DNA of 62,939 nt, counting the filler. It is 7 parts of 7 records of this genome, joined end to end, with 100 filler letters (N's around TTAATTAATTAA, not from the genome) between each part and the next. Parts side by side here need not be neighbours in the genome. Positions count along the whole stretch, not along the records: positions 1 to 9,958 come from SRR31156797_13667; positions 10,059 to 22,156 come from SRR31156797_13671; 5 more parts are not named here. One strand, given 5' to 3'. Positions 9,214 to 18,058 of this stretch are shown here, piece after piece. Each line of letters opens with the position of its first letter. Within the stretch, counting starts at the first letter, position 1. The notes under the pieces were generated by a model. That model saw only the letters and a program-made list of their open reading frames with translations, made no database searches and was not told where the DNA came from. The position numbers were made by a program, and so were the translations under genes.

Positions 9214-9957
9214 TTATTCTGATAAAGCGCTGGTCCACTTGGTCAAAACTCCAGGGTATTCCAAAACTCCTGAATCTACATACAGCGGAACTCCGTAAAC
9301 CGCCATATCGCGAATTGCCGTTACCTCCGCCAGTTTGCCATTGGCCTTCTTAAACTCGGCCAAAGCCTTTTGAACGGCAAAAACATCCCCGGCAATGAGG
9401 ATTACATCAGGATTTGCCGTAATCAGAGGATCCAAAACCAACCCGCCCTTTTTCTTGCGCACGGCAAAGTGACCCTTGGAAGGTTTTTTACCCTGCGAGT
9501 TGAAGGCGTCTCCCGCATTGACGCATCCCAGCGGCTTTAATAAAAACCGGTCGCTGTATCCTCCAGGCGCCTCGACGCGCAGCATGGTTTTGCCCGTGCT
9601 TGCCTGGTAAGTTCCATTAAAAATAATTACTTTTTTGCCCAAAGGCTTTTCCGGCAATTTCTTTTGCGCCGCGGCCAATCTTTTATTATACAGCGCAATC
9701 ACTTTGTCGGCTCGCTCTTCCTTGCCAAGCAAAGATGCGATTTGACGAACAGCGGCTTCAAGACCCTTGGTAAAATCCACATATTCGACAGTAACGTCCA
9801 TGTCCTTAAGCAACGTGGAAACTGTATCCAGGTTCACTTCTTTCTTGTAAATGCAAAACGGATCGCTTTTCTCGACTATAACCCGCTTCACGCCGAATTT
9901 TTTAAGCGCGTTGGGTATGGCTTCCTTGTTTTTTACCGTTGTGTGCATCGGACACCC
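9214..9957 (-). CDS. ABC transporter substrate-binding protein (Fe-siderophore/cobalamin type), 5'-truncated
   Basis: Open to the contig end. VRQIASLLGKEERA helical backbone, ANPDVILI, AIRDMAVYGVP resemble class III periplasmic binding proteins. Confidence 0.6.
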   Translation of the reverse strand, partial: GCPMHTTVKNKEAIPNALKKFGVKRVIVEKSDPFCIYKKEVNLDTVSTLLKDMDVTVEYVDFTKGLEAAVRQIASLLGKEERADKVIALYNKRLAAAQKKLPEKPLGKKVIIFNGTYQASTGKTMLRVEAPGGYSDRFLLKPLGCVNAGDAFNSQGKKPSKGHFAVRKKKGGLVLDPLITANPDVILIAGDVFAVQKALAEFKKANGKLAEVTAIRDMAVYGVPLYVDSGVLEYPGVLTKWTSALSE

Positions 9958-9958
9958 G

Positions 9959-10058
9959 NNNNNNNNNNNNNNNNNNNNNNNNNNNNNNNNNNNNNNNNNN
10001 NNTTAATTAATTAANNNNNNNNNNNNNNNNNNNNNNNNNNNNNNNNNNNNNNNNNNNN
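9959..10058. other. Artificial contig spacer
   Basis: 44 N + TTAATTAATTAA (stops in all six frames) + 44 N; abrupt GC shift. Confidence 0.98.
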
Positions 10059-10059
10059 T

Positions 10060-10461
10060 GATTATTTTGATGGAACTTATGATGAGTTTTTAGAAAAAAT
10101 TGGTTGGGATGAAGAAGAAGTAGAAGAGAAGGTTAAAAAAGAGCCTAAAGTAAATAAAAAAGAGAACAAAAAACTAAGAGCTTCTATAATCCAAGAAAGA
10201 AACAAAATAACAAATCCTCTTAAAAAAGCTGTTGAGAAATATGAAGCAGAGATTATTGAACTTGAAGATTATATTGAAAAAGAGCAAGCAGAGCTTATAC
10301 AAGCTTCAAATGCAGGAGATAACAGCAAAGTAATTGAGCTTTCAAAAAATGTAACTACAAGTGAGAAAAAAGTTGAAGAGTTGTTTGAAAAGTTAGAAGA
10401 AAATCAACTTAAACTAGATGAGATAATAGAAGACTATGATAAAAAGTTAGAAGAGTTATAA
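10060..10461 (+). CDS. ABC-F family ATPase, C-terminal fragment
   Basis: Not in the ORF track. Manual translation gives DYFDGTYDEFLEKIGW..., then a charged coiled coil ending DYDKKLEEL*, typical of ABC-F tails. Confidence 0.75.
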   Translation, partial: DYFDGTYDEFLEKIGWDEEEVEEKVKKEPKVNKKENKKLRASIIQERNKITNPLKKAVEKYEAEIIELEDYIEKEQAELIQASNAGDNSKVIELSKNVTTSEKKVEELFEKLEENQLKLDEIIEDYDKKLEEL

Positions 10462-10468
10462 TCCTCTT

Positions 10469-10816
10469 CTACTTTTTAACTATACATCTAACTCCATATC
10501 TGTCAGCTTTATAATACCAATCCTCTTTGCCTTCCATAAAATAAAAAGGATAAGCGGCATTTTTATTCTCTTTTACTTCATCTTTTGTCCAATAAGATAC
10601 AGAGATATCAAAACCTTTTATATTTGATGATTTATTATGTCTAAGCCATACCTCTTTGAAGTCTTCTCTTGTAGGAAGTTCAGCTCCCACTTCAAGACAA
10701 AACTTTACTGCTTCATCCCATTTCATTCTATATGGTGCTTCATTTAGCCAAGCTTTCATTGCAAAAGAGTTAGTAACAAACAGTCCTACTATCAATATTT
10801 TAGCTAAAAGTTTCAT
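10469..10816 (-). CDS. Secreted DUF1566 / C-type-lectin-like small protein
   Basis: Signal peptide; WDEAVKFC...LPT...YWT...GVRCI pattern. Confidence 0.65.
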   Translation of the reverse strand: MKLLAKILIVGLFVTNSFAMKAWLNEAPYRMKWDEAVKFCLEVGAELPTREDFKEVWLRHNKSSNIKGFDISVSYWTKDEVKENKNAAYPFYFMEGKEDWYYKADRYGVRCIVKK

Positions 10817-11290
10817 TTATGATACTCCGTTTTCTTTTAGATATTTTTGCCAATCTTTTGTGTCATATTTACCTTCATGTAAACCTTTTACAAAGTTCAT
10901 AAATGTAGTCATTTGAGAAGGATCTGCATATCCAGGGATTTGAAAGATTCTATTAAAGTGTTTATCAAAAATCACAATATTTGGAGTGTTCTTTGCTGCA
11001 AATGCCATTCTAAGTGTAGTTGTTGTTTCTTTTTTCTTTTTTACACCTACAATATAATCTTGTTCATGGTTTTGATTTATAAGATAGATATTGAACTCTT
11101 TTGCTAAAGTATTCATTTTTTGATTCTCTTTGAAGTCATTTTTTAATATTTTACAATAAGGACAAGAGTCACTTTCAAAAATCATTATAATACCTTTTCC
11201 ATCTGTAACAATTTCATTACCTGCTTTAAATAAATCATTTGCAAATAAACTTATTACATTTAAACAAAGTACTAATAGTAGTTTTCTCAT
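10817..11290 (-). CDS. Periplasmic thioredoxin-fold protein (SoxW-like), CPYC active site
   Basis: Signal peptide; FESDSCPYC; TPNIVIFD; PGY. Confidence 0.85.
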   Translation of the reverse strand: MRKLLLVLCLNVISLFANDLFKAGNEIVTDGKGIIMIFESDSCPYCKILKNDFKENQKMNTLAKEFNIYLINQNHEQDYIVGVKKKKETTTTLRMAFAAKNTPNIVIFDKHFNRIFQIPGYADPSQMTTFMNFVKGLHEGKYDTKDWQKYLKENGVS

Positions 11291-11955
11291 TATTTATCCT
11301 TTTTTGTTACATCAATTCCATTTTCCATATAGAAAGTTTTTAAAGCCTCATAAACTTCACCATTTTTTCTATTTTTGTTTTTCCATTTTCCACTTTGCAT
11401 AAAGTCCATAGTTACCAAGAATTGCTTTGCAGGCATATAACCAGGAACTACAATTACTGCTTTTCCTTCTATGTCTGTAAATATAATTGTTGGAGTTGCA
11501 TCAATTCCATATACAACAATCATTGTTTTTGTGTCAACATCCATAAGTTGACCCTCATGGTATTGTTTGTGTCTTAGATTTTCGTGTGCTTTTAAGTAGT
11601 ATGATGAAAACTCATTTCTAAGTCTTTCTTGTAACTCTTTTGTATTTTTTATATCTGCTTTTAATCTATCAGAATATGGATCTGTATTTGTCCCAAAAAC
11701 TAATATCATCTGTTTACCATCTGGAGCAATTTTTGCAACATCTTTAAAAACTTCACCTACAACAGAGTTATACTTTGTATAAACTACTTTTGGTTCTTCA
11801 TCTTTAACTTCTTTTTTAACTTCCTCTTTTACAACCATTTTAGGAGTGTTTTTAATAACTTCTGCTTCACTTGAACTCTCATTACATCCTACAAATAGTG
11901 TAGCAGCTGCAACTAGCCATAAAAAAGATAGATTTTTAAATATTGTTTTAACCAT
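11290..11955 (-). CDS. Thioredoxin-fold lipoprotein (SoxW-like) lacking CXXC
   Basis: Lipobox LFVGC; FGTNTDPYS in place of CPYC; ATPTIIF; VPGYMP. Confidence 0.75.
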   Translation of the reverse strand: MVKTIFKNLSFLWLVAAATLFVGCNESSSEAEVIKNTPKMVVKEEVKKEVKDEEPKVVYTKYNSVVGEVFKDVAKIAPDGKQMILVFGTNTDPYSDRLKADIKNTKELQERLRNEFSSYYLKAHENLRHKQYHEGQLMDVDTKTMIVVYGIDATPTIIFTDIEGKAVIVVPGYMPAKQFLVTMDFMQSGKWKNKNRKNGEVYEALKTFYMENGIDVTKKDK

Positions 11956-11970
11956 AATGTTTCCTTTTGA

Positions 11971-12015
11971 TATTATTTATATTTATGTTAAAACTTAACA
12001 CAAATATAAATAATA
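11971..12015. repeat. Long AT-rich inverted repeat
   Basis: TATTATTTATATTT-a-TGTTAA aac TTAACA-c-AAATATAAATAATA. Confidence 0.6.
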
Positions 12016-12016
12016 A

Positions 12017-12042
12017 CTAAAAGAGGAAGAATCCTCTTTTAG
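12017..12042 (-). terminator. Hairpin immediately after the cytochrome stop (attenuating terminator or mRNA stabiliser)
   Basis: CTAAAAGAGGA-agaa-TCCTCTTTTAG, 11-bp perfect stem; AT-rich but imperfect U tract on the minus strand. Confidence 0.6.
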
Positions 12043-12048
12043 CTTGGT

Positions 12049-14418
12049 TTATTTAGCTGCTTTATGGAAAATCTCATTCATTTTTTTAACATGCTCATCA
12101 GCATTTAATTTTTTATCAGAATTTAATTTGTTCCATAATTTTTCATCACTCATATTTTGGTGACAACCCATACATAAACCTGTTTTTTCCATTCTTTCTC
12201 TTTGGTCTTGATCAAGTGGTCTTGAATCAGGCCAGTGAGTACCTACAGTTTGTAATTGTTTTCCATCTCTAGTTACAACTTGTGACCAGTCATAATCCAT
12301 ACCAGGAATTCCTCTCATTTGAGGTTGTTTATTTTTTGGAATAAATTTACCAGTTCTTAGGTCTTGTAAATCCATATAAATATCTTCACCTTGGTCTGTC
12401 ATAAATTGTCCATCTTGAATACCATAACCTAAAGTTTTAGGGTTAGAGTGGCAAGATTCACAAGATCTAGCTTTTCTACCAGATGTGTGAGGTTGAACAG
12501 GAGACATATCAATTCCATTTACTAAAGAACCATTTGGTCCATCTGGAACTTGTGCTTGTTTGTTAAGAATTAATGTTTTCCCATCAGGTCCAATAACTGT
12601 ATAAGTTACTTGACAACCAGGCATAATAGGAGTAACAAGTCCTTCACCATTTATTCCTAAGATTGGGTCTTCCCATCTTAAGTAAGATCTAGTCTCACTA
12701 GCTTTACCAAAAAGTTTTTTACCTTTTGTTCCTAAAATTGATTCTGAAGTTTCACCATTTTTGAAATGTGTTGAACCAGATGCAACCCAGTCAGTTTTAG
12801 ATTTTCCAGGAGTATAATCAACTTTAATATGACAACCATAACACTGTGGAGCCCAATCAGAGTGGCAAGAATAGCACTCTAAGTTATCCATATGTGCTTG
12901 AATTTTACCCATAGCAACATCTGCTTCTTGAGATTTCCATGAGTTTGTTTCAGCTTTTTGTTTTAGTAATGGAACTTCTAAATCTTTACCTGAAGCTAAA
13001 TGAGCGATAACTTTGTTTTTACCTTCCATTTTAACTACATTTCCTAAAGGATTTCCTCTAGTAGATAATAGATAACCACCTTCTTTATCATAAACAGTAC
13101 CTTGAGTCATCCAGTATGGTAAGTCGCTAGCCATTCCTCTAGGACCTTCAGGAGTTTCTATATCAAAGTTTTCTCCATATCCAATTTTTAATTCCCAAGG
13201 ATATTTATCATTTGTACCATGGCAGTCAGAACACTCAATTTCAACTTGACCTAAAGTAGTACCAAATAATGTACCATCACCATGCATATCCACTGAAGTG
13301 TGACAATCTTGACAAGTCATTCCAGCTTCAAAGTGTAAGTCTTCTTTTATGTGTTTATATTTTTTACCATGAGATTTAGGTTGCGATGAACCTCCCATAT
13401 CAAATGGTGAACCATAAGGTTGTTCCATTAAACCAACATAAGATACACCAATTCTTTTACCTCTATTGTGGCAAGAATTACATGTTTCTGGGTGGATTCC
13501 ACTAAACTCTGCACCACTAGGTGTTTTAACTTTAGCTTCTCTTGTACCTTGAATCATGTGTACCAATAAGTGTCCATTTTGAGATTTATCAATTGTAGGG
13601 TCATTACCTTCATAGATACCTTCATTTCCATAAGGAATATGACATGCAGAACAACCCATTCCTCTCCAGTCACCTCTACCTTTTCTACCTCTAACACCAA
13701 TATGGCATCTTTGACAGTCTGATCTTTGGTAAGTAATACTTGCCATATATCCAATCTCTTCATCAGATTTACCTACAAAATCTTCTGGCCCAGTTGCAGG
13801 AAGAGGAACTTGTTTAAGTTCTGTTGGAAATTGATCAGGATATTTATCAATCATTTTAACCATATAGTCTTTGTACACTTTTGTACCCCATGCTGGAGTT
13901 TTACCATCTTCATCTTTTACATCATAGTTAGCGTATTGAACTTTTTTAGTTGGTTCACTTCCCCATGAGTGCAGATTTCCTTGAATTTTACCAGCTTCTG
14001 TTTGCATCAATGCTTTTTTCATGTTTTGAACAGTATCAGCATGACAGATACCACATGTTTTATCAGCTACCCAGATAGAACCTGGATCTCTAACAAATTC
14101 AGCTAATCCACCTGCATGTGCTTTTGGAGCACCTTTATGTGCACCAGATACAGTACCATCTTCAGGGTTTCCCCCGTGACAGATTACACATCCAGCTGTA
14201 TCACCCAAACCTTGACCCATTGCAATGATTTGCTGCATCATGTCAGATTTAGTATCTCTAATAGATTCGATACCTGTATGACACTTGATACATGAATCAC
14301 CACCTTCTACTGCAGCCATTTCTACTTTTCCTTTTGTGTGTTCAGCACCATAAGCAAAAGCAGAAAAAGCAAACAATAAAAAGACAATTTTGGCAATTTT
14401 TAAGATCGAGCTTTTCAT
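12049..14418 (-). CDS. Exported multiheme c-type cytochrome, 12 CXXCH motifs
   Basis: Sec signal (...AFAYG). CIKCH, CVICH, CGICH, CQRCH, CSACH, CNSCH, CQDCH, CSDCH, CYSCH, CYGCH, CESCH, CMGCH. Confidence 0.92.
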   Translation of the reverse strand: MKSSILKIAKIVFLLFAFSAFAYGAEHTKGKVEMAAVEGGDSCIKCHTGIESIRDTKSDMMQQIIAMGQGLGDTAGCVICHGGNPEDGTVSGAHKGAPKAHAGGLAEFVRDPGSIWVADKTCGICHADTVQNMKKALMQTEAGKIQGNLHSWGSEPTKKVQYANYDVKDEDGKTPAWGTKVYKDYMVKMIDKYPDQFPTELKQVPLPATGPEDFVGKSDEEIGYMASITYQRSDCQRCHIGVRGRKGRGDWRGMGCSACHIPYGNEGIYEGNDPTIDKSQNGHLLVHMIQGTREAKVKTPSGAEFSGIHPETCNSCHNRGKRIGVSYVGLMEQPYGSPFDMGGSSQPKSHGKKYKHIKEDLHFEAGMTCQDCHTSVDMHGDGTLFGTTLGQVEIECSDCHGTNDKYPWELKIGYGENFDIETPEGPRGMASDLPYWMTQGTVYDKEGGYLLSTRGNPLGNVVKMEGKNKVIAHLASGKDLEVPLLKQKAETNSWKSQEADVAMGKIQAHMDNLECYSCHSDWAPQCYGCHIKVDYTPGKSKTDWVASGSTHFKNGETSESILGTKGKKLFGKASETRSYLRWEDPILGINGEGLVTPIMPGCQVTYTVIGPDGKTLILNKQAQVPDGPNGSLVNGIDMSPVQPHTSGRKARSCESCHSNPKTLGYGIQDGQFMTDQGEDIYMDLQDLRTGKFIPKNKQPQMRGIPGMDYDWSQVVTRDGKQLQTVGTHWPDSRPLDQDQRERMEKTGLCMGCHQNMSDEKLWNKLNSDKKLNADEHVKKMNEIFHKAAK

Positions 14419-14460
14419 TTTCTTCTCCTTCTTTTTGTTGGATTACCCAACTAACTAAGA

Positions 14461-14491
14461 ATATTAACAGAGTAAAGTGCTTCTAAAGTGC
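14461..14491 (-). promoter_or_regulatory. Putative promoter of the cytochrome operon with a tandem direct repeat (OmpR-type site)
   Basis: TAAAGTGC at 14473 and 14484 (11-bp period), just upstream of minus-strand TGtTAATAT (-10-like). Confidence 0.55.
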
Positions 14492-14652
14492 CAAACTTAT
14501 TTTTTTATATTATTTTTTTAATTTTATGAAAATTTTATAAATCTATCTGTTTATTACTTTATAATATTTTAATAATAATTAAATATAATAATTTTGACTT
14601 GTACATTTATATGAAATATATAAAGTAATTGATTGATATTAGGAATTTATTT

Positions 14653-15303
14653 ATGAAAATATTATTATTGGAAGATGATGAGTTTATATGCCAAGAGGTT
14701 AAAAATTATTTTGAATTAGAAGACAATAAAGTTGATTTTTACCATAATGGAGTAGAACTATTAGAAAATGCAAACTTAAACTTATATGATATATTTTTAC
14801 TAGATATTAATACACCTTTAAAAAATGGTATTGAAACATTAAAAGAGATAAGAATAACTTCATTTGCACCTGTGATTTATATCACAGCAATGAATGATTT
14901 GGAACATGTAAAAAAAGGTTATGAAGCTGGCTGTAATGATTATGTTAGAAAACCTTTTCTCTTTGAAGAATTAGCGTTGAGAATCAATCAGCTTGTTCAT
15001 AAAGATGTTCATGACAAAGTTAGAATTAGTGAAAATTATTACTTTGATCTATTTACTTTAACTTTGTTTTTTAAAGAAAAAGAAGTGGATTTAAATACTC
15101 AAGAAAAAGAGCTATTATACCTCTTGGTTAAAAATATAGGAAGAGCGATTGAGCCAAATGTTTTAATCAACTATGTATGGGAAGAAAAAATAGTATCTGA
15201 CAATACATTAAGAACTTCTATCAAAAAACTGAGAAATAAATTAGATGAGAACTTTATAACTAATATTAGAGGAATAGGGTACAAAATTGAAAAATTTGAT
15301 TGA
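14653..15303 (+). CDS. OmpR-family response regulator
   Basis: ILLLEDD, LLDIN, DYVRKPF, winged-helix end IRGIGYK. AGGA RBS precedes ATG 14653. Confidence 0.92.
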   Translation: MKILLLEDDEFICQEVKNYFELEDNKVDFYHNGVELLENANLNLYDIFLLDINTPLKNGIETLKEIRITSFAPVIYITAMNDLEHVKKGYEAGCNDYVRKPFLFEELALRINQLVHKDVHDKVRISENYYFDLFTLTLFFKEKEVDLNTQEKELLYLLVKNIGRAIEPNVLINYVWEEKIVSDNTLRTSIKKLRNKLDENFITNIRGIGYKIEKFD

Positions 15304-17092
15304 TATAGAAGAATTAGAAAAAGAGAGAAAAACCTTTGGTTTTAAACTATTTTTTTCTTATATAACATTTACGCTCCTTTTATTAACATCTATTACAATT
15401 ATTCATATTTATTTATCTGAAGATTTAAAATTAAAGAAATTTGAAAGAGAAGTAACTTTACAAAGTGCTGAAAAAAAGAAAGAGTTTACATCTTTTTTAA
15501 AGAAAAGTAAAGATGCAATTCTTGCAATCGAAAAAAATGATTATTTTATTAAATATGTTCAAGATGGTTCATATAATTACTATATAGACTTACTTTTTTT
15601 AACTATTATGGAAGCAAACAAAGATTATATGCAAGTTAGATTTATAGATAAAACTGGAATGGAAAACTTGCGATTTGAAAGAGAAAAAAAGTCTAAAGAA
15701 CCTTTTAAAACTTTGATGCTTCAAGACAAATCTAATAGGTACTATTTTAAAGAAGCTAAGAAGATACAAAGTGGGAAAGTTTGGTTTTCATCTATAGATT
15801 TAAATGTGGAACATGGAAAAGTAGAAGTGCCTAATAAGTCTGTTGTTAGAGTTGCAACACCTATTTATATTGATGATAAATTTGAGGGAATTCTTATAAT
15901 AAATGTTTTTATGAGAGAACTATTTAATAGTTTAACAAATTCATCAATTTATGATATATATGTAATTACAGATGATGGCTATTATATAAGACATAAAAAC
16001 AGTGACAATAATTGGTCTTTTTATAATTCAAAGCATAAAATAGAAGACGATTTTGAAAGTGAAGTACTAGAAGAATTAAAGAAAGTTAATTTTGGTGCGA
16101 AAGCTTTAACTTCAAATATATATTTACAACCTTTGAAGATTGGTAATCAAGTTTTAAAAATGATTTTTGTAGAGAAAGATAAATCTTTAAAAGAGATACA
16201 AGAAAACAACAATAAAATGGTAATAGCAATATTAATTTTCTCATTTTTTATGTCAGTTTTATTTAGTATTATATTTTCTAATCCTTTAAAAAAGATGTAT
16301 GAAATTGTTGTTTTACAAGCTGAAAAATTGCATGATTTAGCAAAAAATCTTGACAAAAAAGTACAAATTGAAACTTTAAAAAATGCAAAAAAAGATAGAC
16401 TTTTACAAAACCAAAGTAAGCTTGCAGAACTTGGAGATATGATTGGTAATATTGCACATCAATGGAGACATCCTTTAACAAGACTATCTTTAACCCTTCA
16501 AAATTTAAAAGCATATAGAAATAAAGGGAAATTAAGTAATGAAATACTAGATAATAGTTTAGAAAGTTCACTGGAACAAATCGAGTTTATGTCTAATACA
16601 ATCGATAATTTTAAAAGTTTTTATAGAAAAGACACAGAAAAAAGTGAGTTTTTCATACAAGATGCATATGAATCTATTTTAAATATTATTGGTCATGCGA
16701 TAGAACATAAGAATATAAAAATTGATTTTATTGATGAACAAAAAGTTTCAGTATTTGGAAATAAAAATGAATTTTCTCAAGTTTTAATGAATATTATTGT
16801 TAATGCTAAAGATGCATTTGATGAGAACACAGTATCTACTCCTAGAATAAAAATAAATGTAAAGTCCCAGGAGCAGATAGTTAATATATCAATACAAGAT
16901 AATGCAGGTGGGATACCTAATAATATAATAAATAATATATTTGACCCATATTTTACAACAAAAGAAGATAAAGGTACAGGAATAGGTTTATACTTGTCTA
17001 AAGCAATTATTGAAGAAAAGATGAAAGGTAAAATAAAGGTTGAAAATAAAAATAGTGGTGCTTTATTTAGTATTCAACTAAATAAGTCTTAA
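15287..17092 (+). CDS. Sensor histidine kinase with a periplasmic Cache-like domain
   Basis: Two TM segments, RYYFKEA Cache motif, IAHQWRHPL H-box, DNAGG, GTGIGL. Confidence 0.9.
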   Translation: MKNLIDIEELEKERKTFGFKLFFSYITFTLLLLTSITIIHIYLSEDLKLKKFEREVTLQSAEKKKEFTSFLKKSKDAILAIEKNDYFIKYVQDGSYNYYIDLLFLTIMEANKDYMQVRFIDKTGMENLRFEREKKSKEPFKTLMLQDKSNRYYFKEAKKIQSGKVWFSSIDLNVEHGKVEVPNKSVVRVATPIYIDDKFEGILIINVFMRELFNSLTNSSIYDIYVITDDGYYIRHKNSDNNWSFYNSKHKIEDDFESEVLEELKKVNFGAKALTSNIYLQPLKIGNQVLKMIFVEKDKSLKEIQENNNKMVIAILIFSFFMSVLFSIIFSNPLKKMYEIVVLQAEKLHDLAKNLDKKVQIETLKNAKKDRLLQNQSKLAELGDMIGNIAHQWRHPLTRLSLTLQNLKAYRNKGKLSNEILDNSLESSLEQIEFMSNTIDNFKSFYRKDTEKSEFFIQDAYESILNIIGHAIEHKNIKIDFIDEQKVSVFGNKNEFSQVLMNIIVNAKDAFDENTVSTPRIKINVKSQEQIVNISIQDNAGGIPNNIINNIFDPYFTTKEDKGTGIGLYLSKAIIEEKMKGKIKVENKNSGALFSIQLNKS

Positions 17093-18057
17093 AAAACTCT
17101 ATTTTTACCACTACTTTTTGCTTTATAAAGGTTTGTATCTGCTTTATGAATAAGACTTTGTATCGTATCATCACTTTTATAACTAGCGACACCAAAACTT
17201 GCTGTTAAGTTATCCACTTCTACAAAGTGGTGTTTTTCTATAATAATTCTTATTTTTTCTGCTAGTTTTAATGCTTTTTGTGTTTCTAGATTGTCGCATA
17301 TTATTATAAACTCTTCACCACCCCATCTTCCTAAGACTTCATCTGCTCTTATATTTCTTTTTATCAGGTTTGAAAATTCAACTAATATTTTGTCTCCAGT
17401 TATATGCCCATAGTTGTCATTAATACATTTAAAATTATCTAAATCAATAAATATTACAGACAAATCTCTTTGTCTATAAGAATCAAGTTTTTCAAAGCTT
17501 TCATAAAGTTTATTGTCTATAAATCTTCTATTATAGACATTAGTGAGCTTATCAGTTAATGCTAGCTTGTTTAGTATTAAGTTGTCATTTTTAAACACTT
17601 TTACTTTTTCCTGTAGTTCAAAAAATGTTTTTTCCCTTTTTACTTTTGATATTGCTGCAGTTAATGTTTCTAGTAAATCAGAATAAACTACAGGTTTCTC
17701 TAAAAATTTGTAAATTCCTATATCAATCAAATCCAAAAGTTTTTCTGATTCTGTATGCGCAGATACTATTATAATTAGTTGGTTAGGATTTTTTTCTATT
17801 AGTATCCTTGAAAACTCTATACCATCAATTTTTGGCATACTTATATCAGTAATAATCAAATCATAGTACGAGCCTGTTTTTGTTTTAAAGTCTTCAAATT
17901 TATTTAAAGCTTCTTCTCCATCATTACATGAATCTAAGTGTAAAAAAAAGTTGTGTAAAAGCTTTGTAAGTTGGGCTTTTACTTCTTTATTATCTTCAAC
18001 AAATAAAACATTTAAAGTTTGACTGTAGTTTATTAATTCTTTTAGACTATTAGACAT
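17089..18057 (-). CDS. Response regulator diguanylate cyclase (REC-GGDEF)
   Basis: LFVED, ITDISMP, DLDNFK..NDNYGH, RWGGEEF. Confidence 0.92.
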   Translation of the reverse strand: MSNSLKELINYSQTLNVLFVEDNKEVKAQLTKLLHNFFLHLDSCNDGEEALNKFEDFKTKTGSYYDLIITDISMPKIDGIEFSRILIEKNPNQLIIIVSAHTESEKLLDLIDIGIYKFLEKPVVYSDLLETLTAAISKVKREKTFFELQEKVKVFKNDNLILNKLALTDKLTNVYNRRFIDNKLYESFEKLDSYRQRDLSVIFIDLDNFKCINDNYGHITGDKILVEFSNLIKRNIRADEVLGRWGGEEFIIICDNLETQKALKLAEKIRIIIEKHHFVEVDNLTASFGVASYKSDDTIQSLIHKADTNLYKAKSSGKNRVF

Positions 18058-18058
18058 A

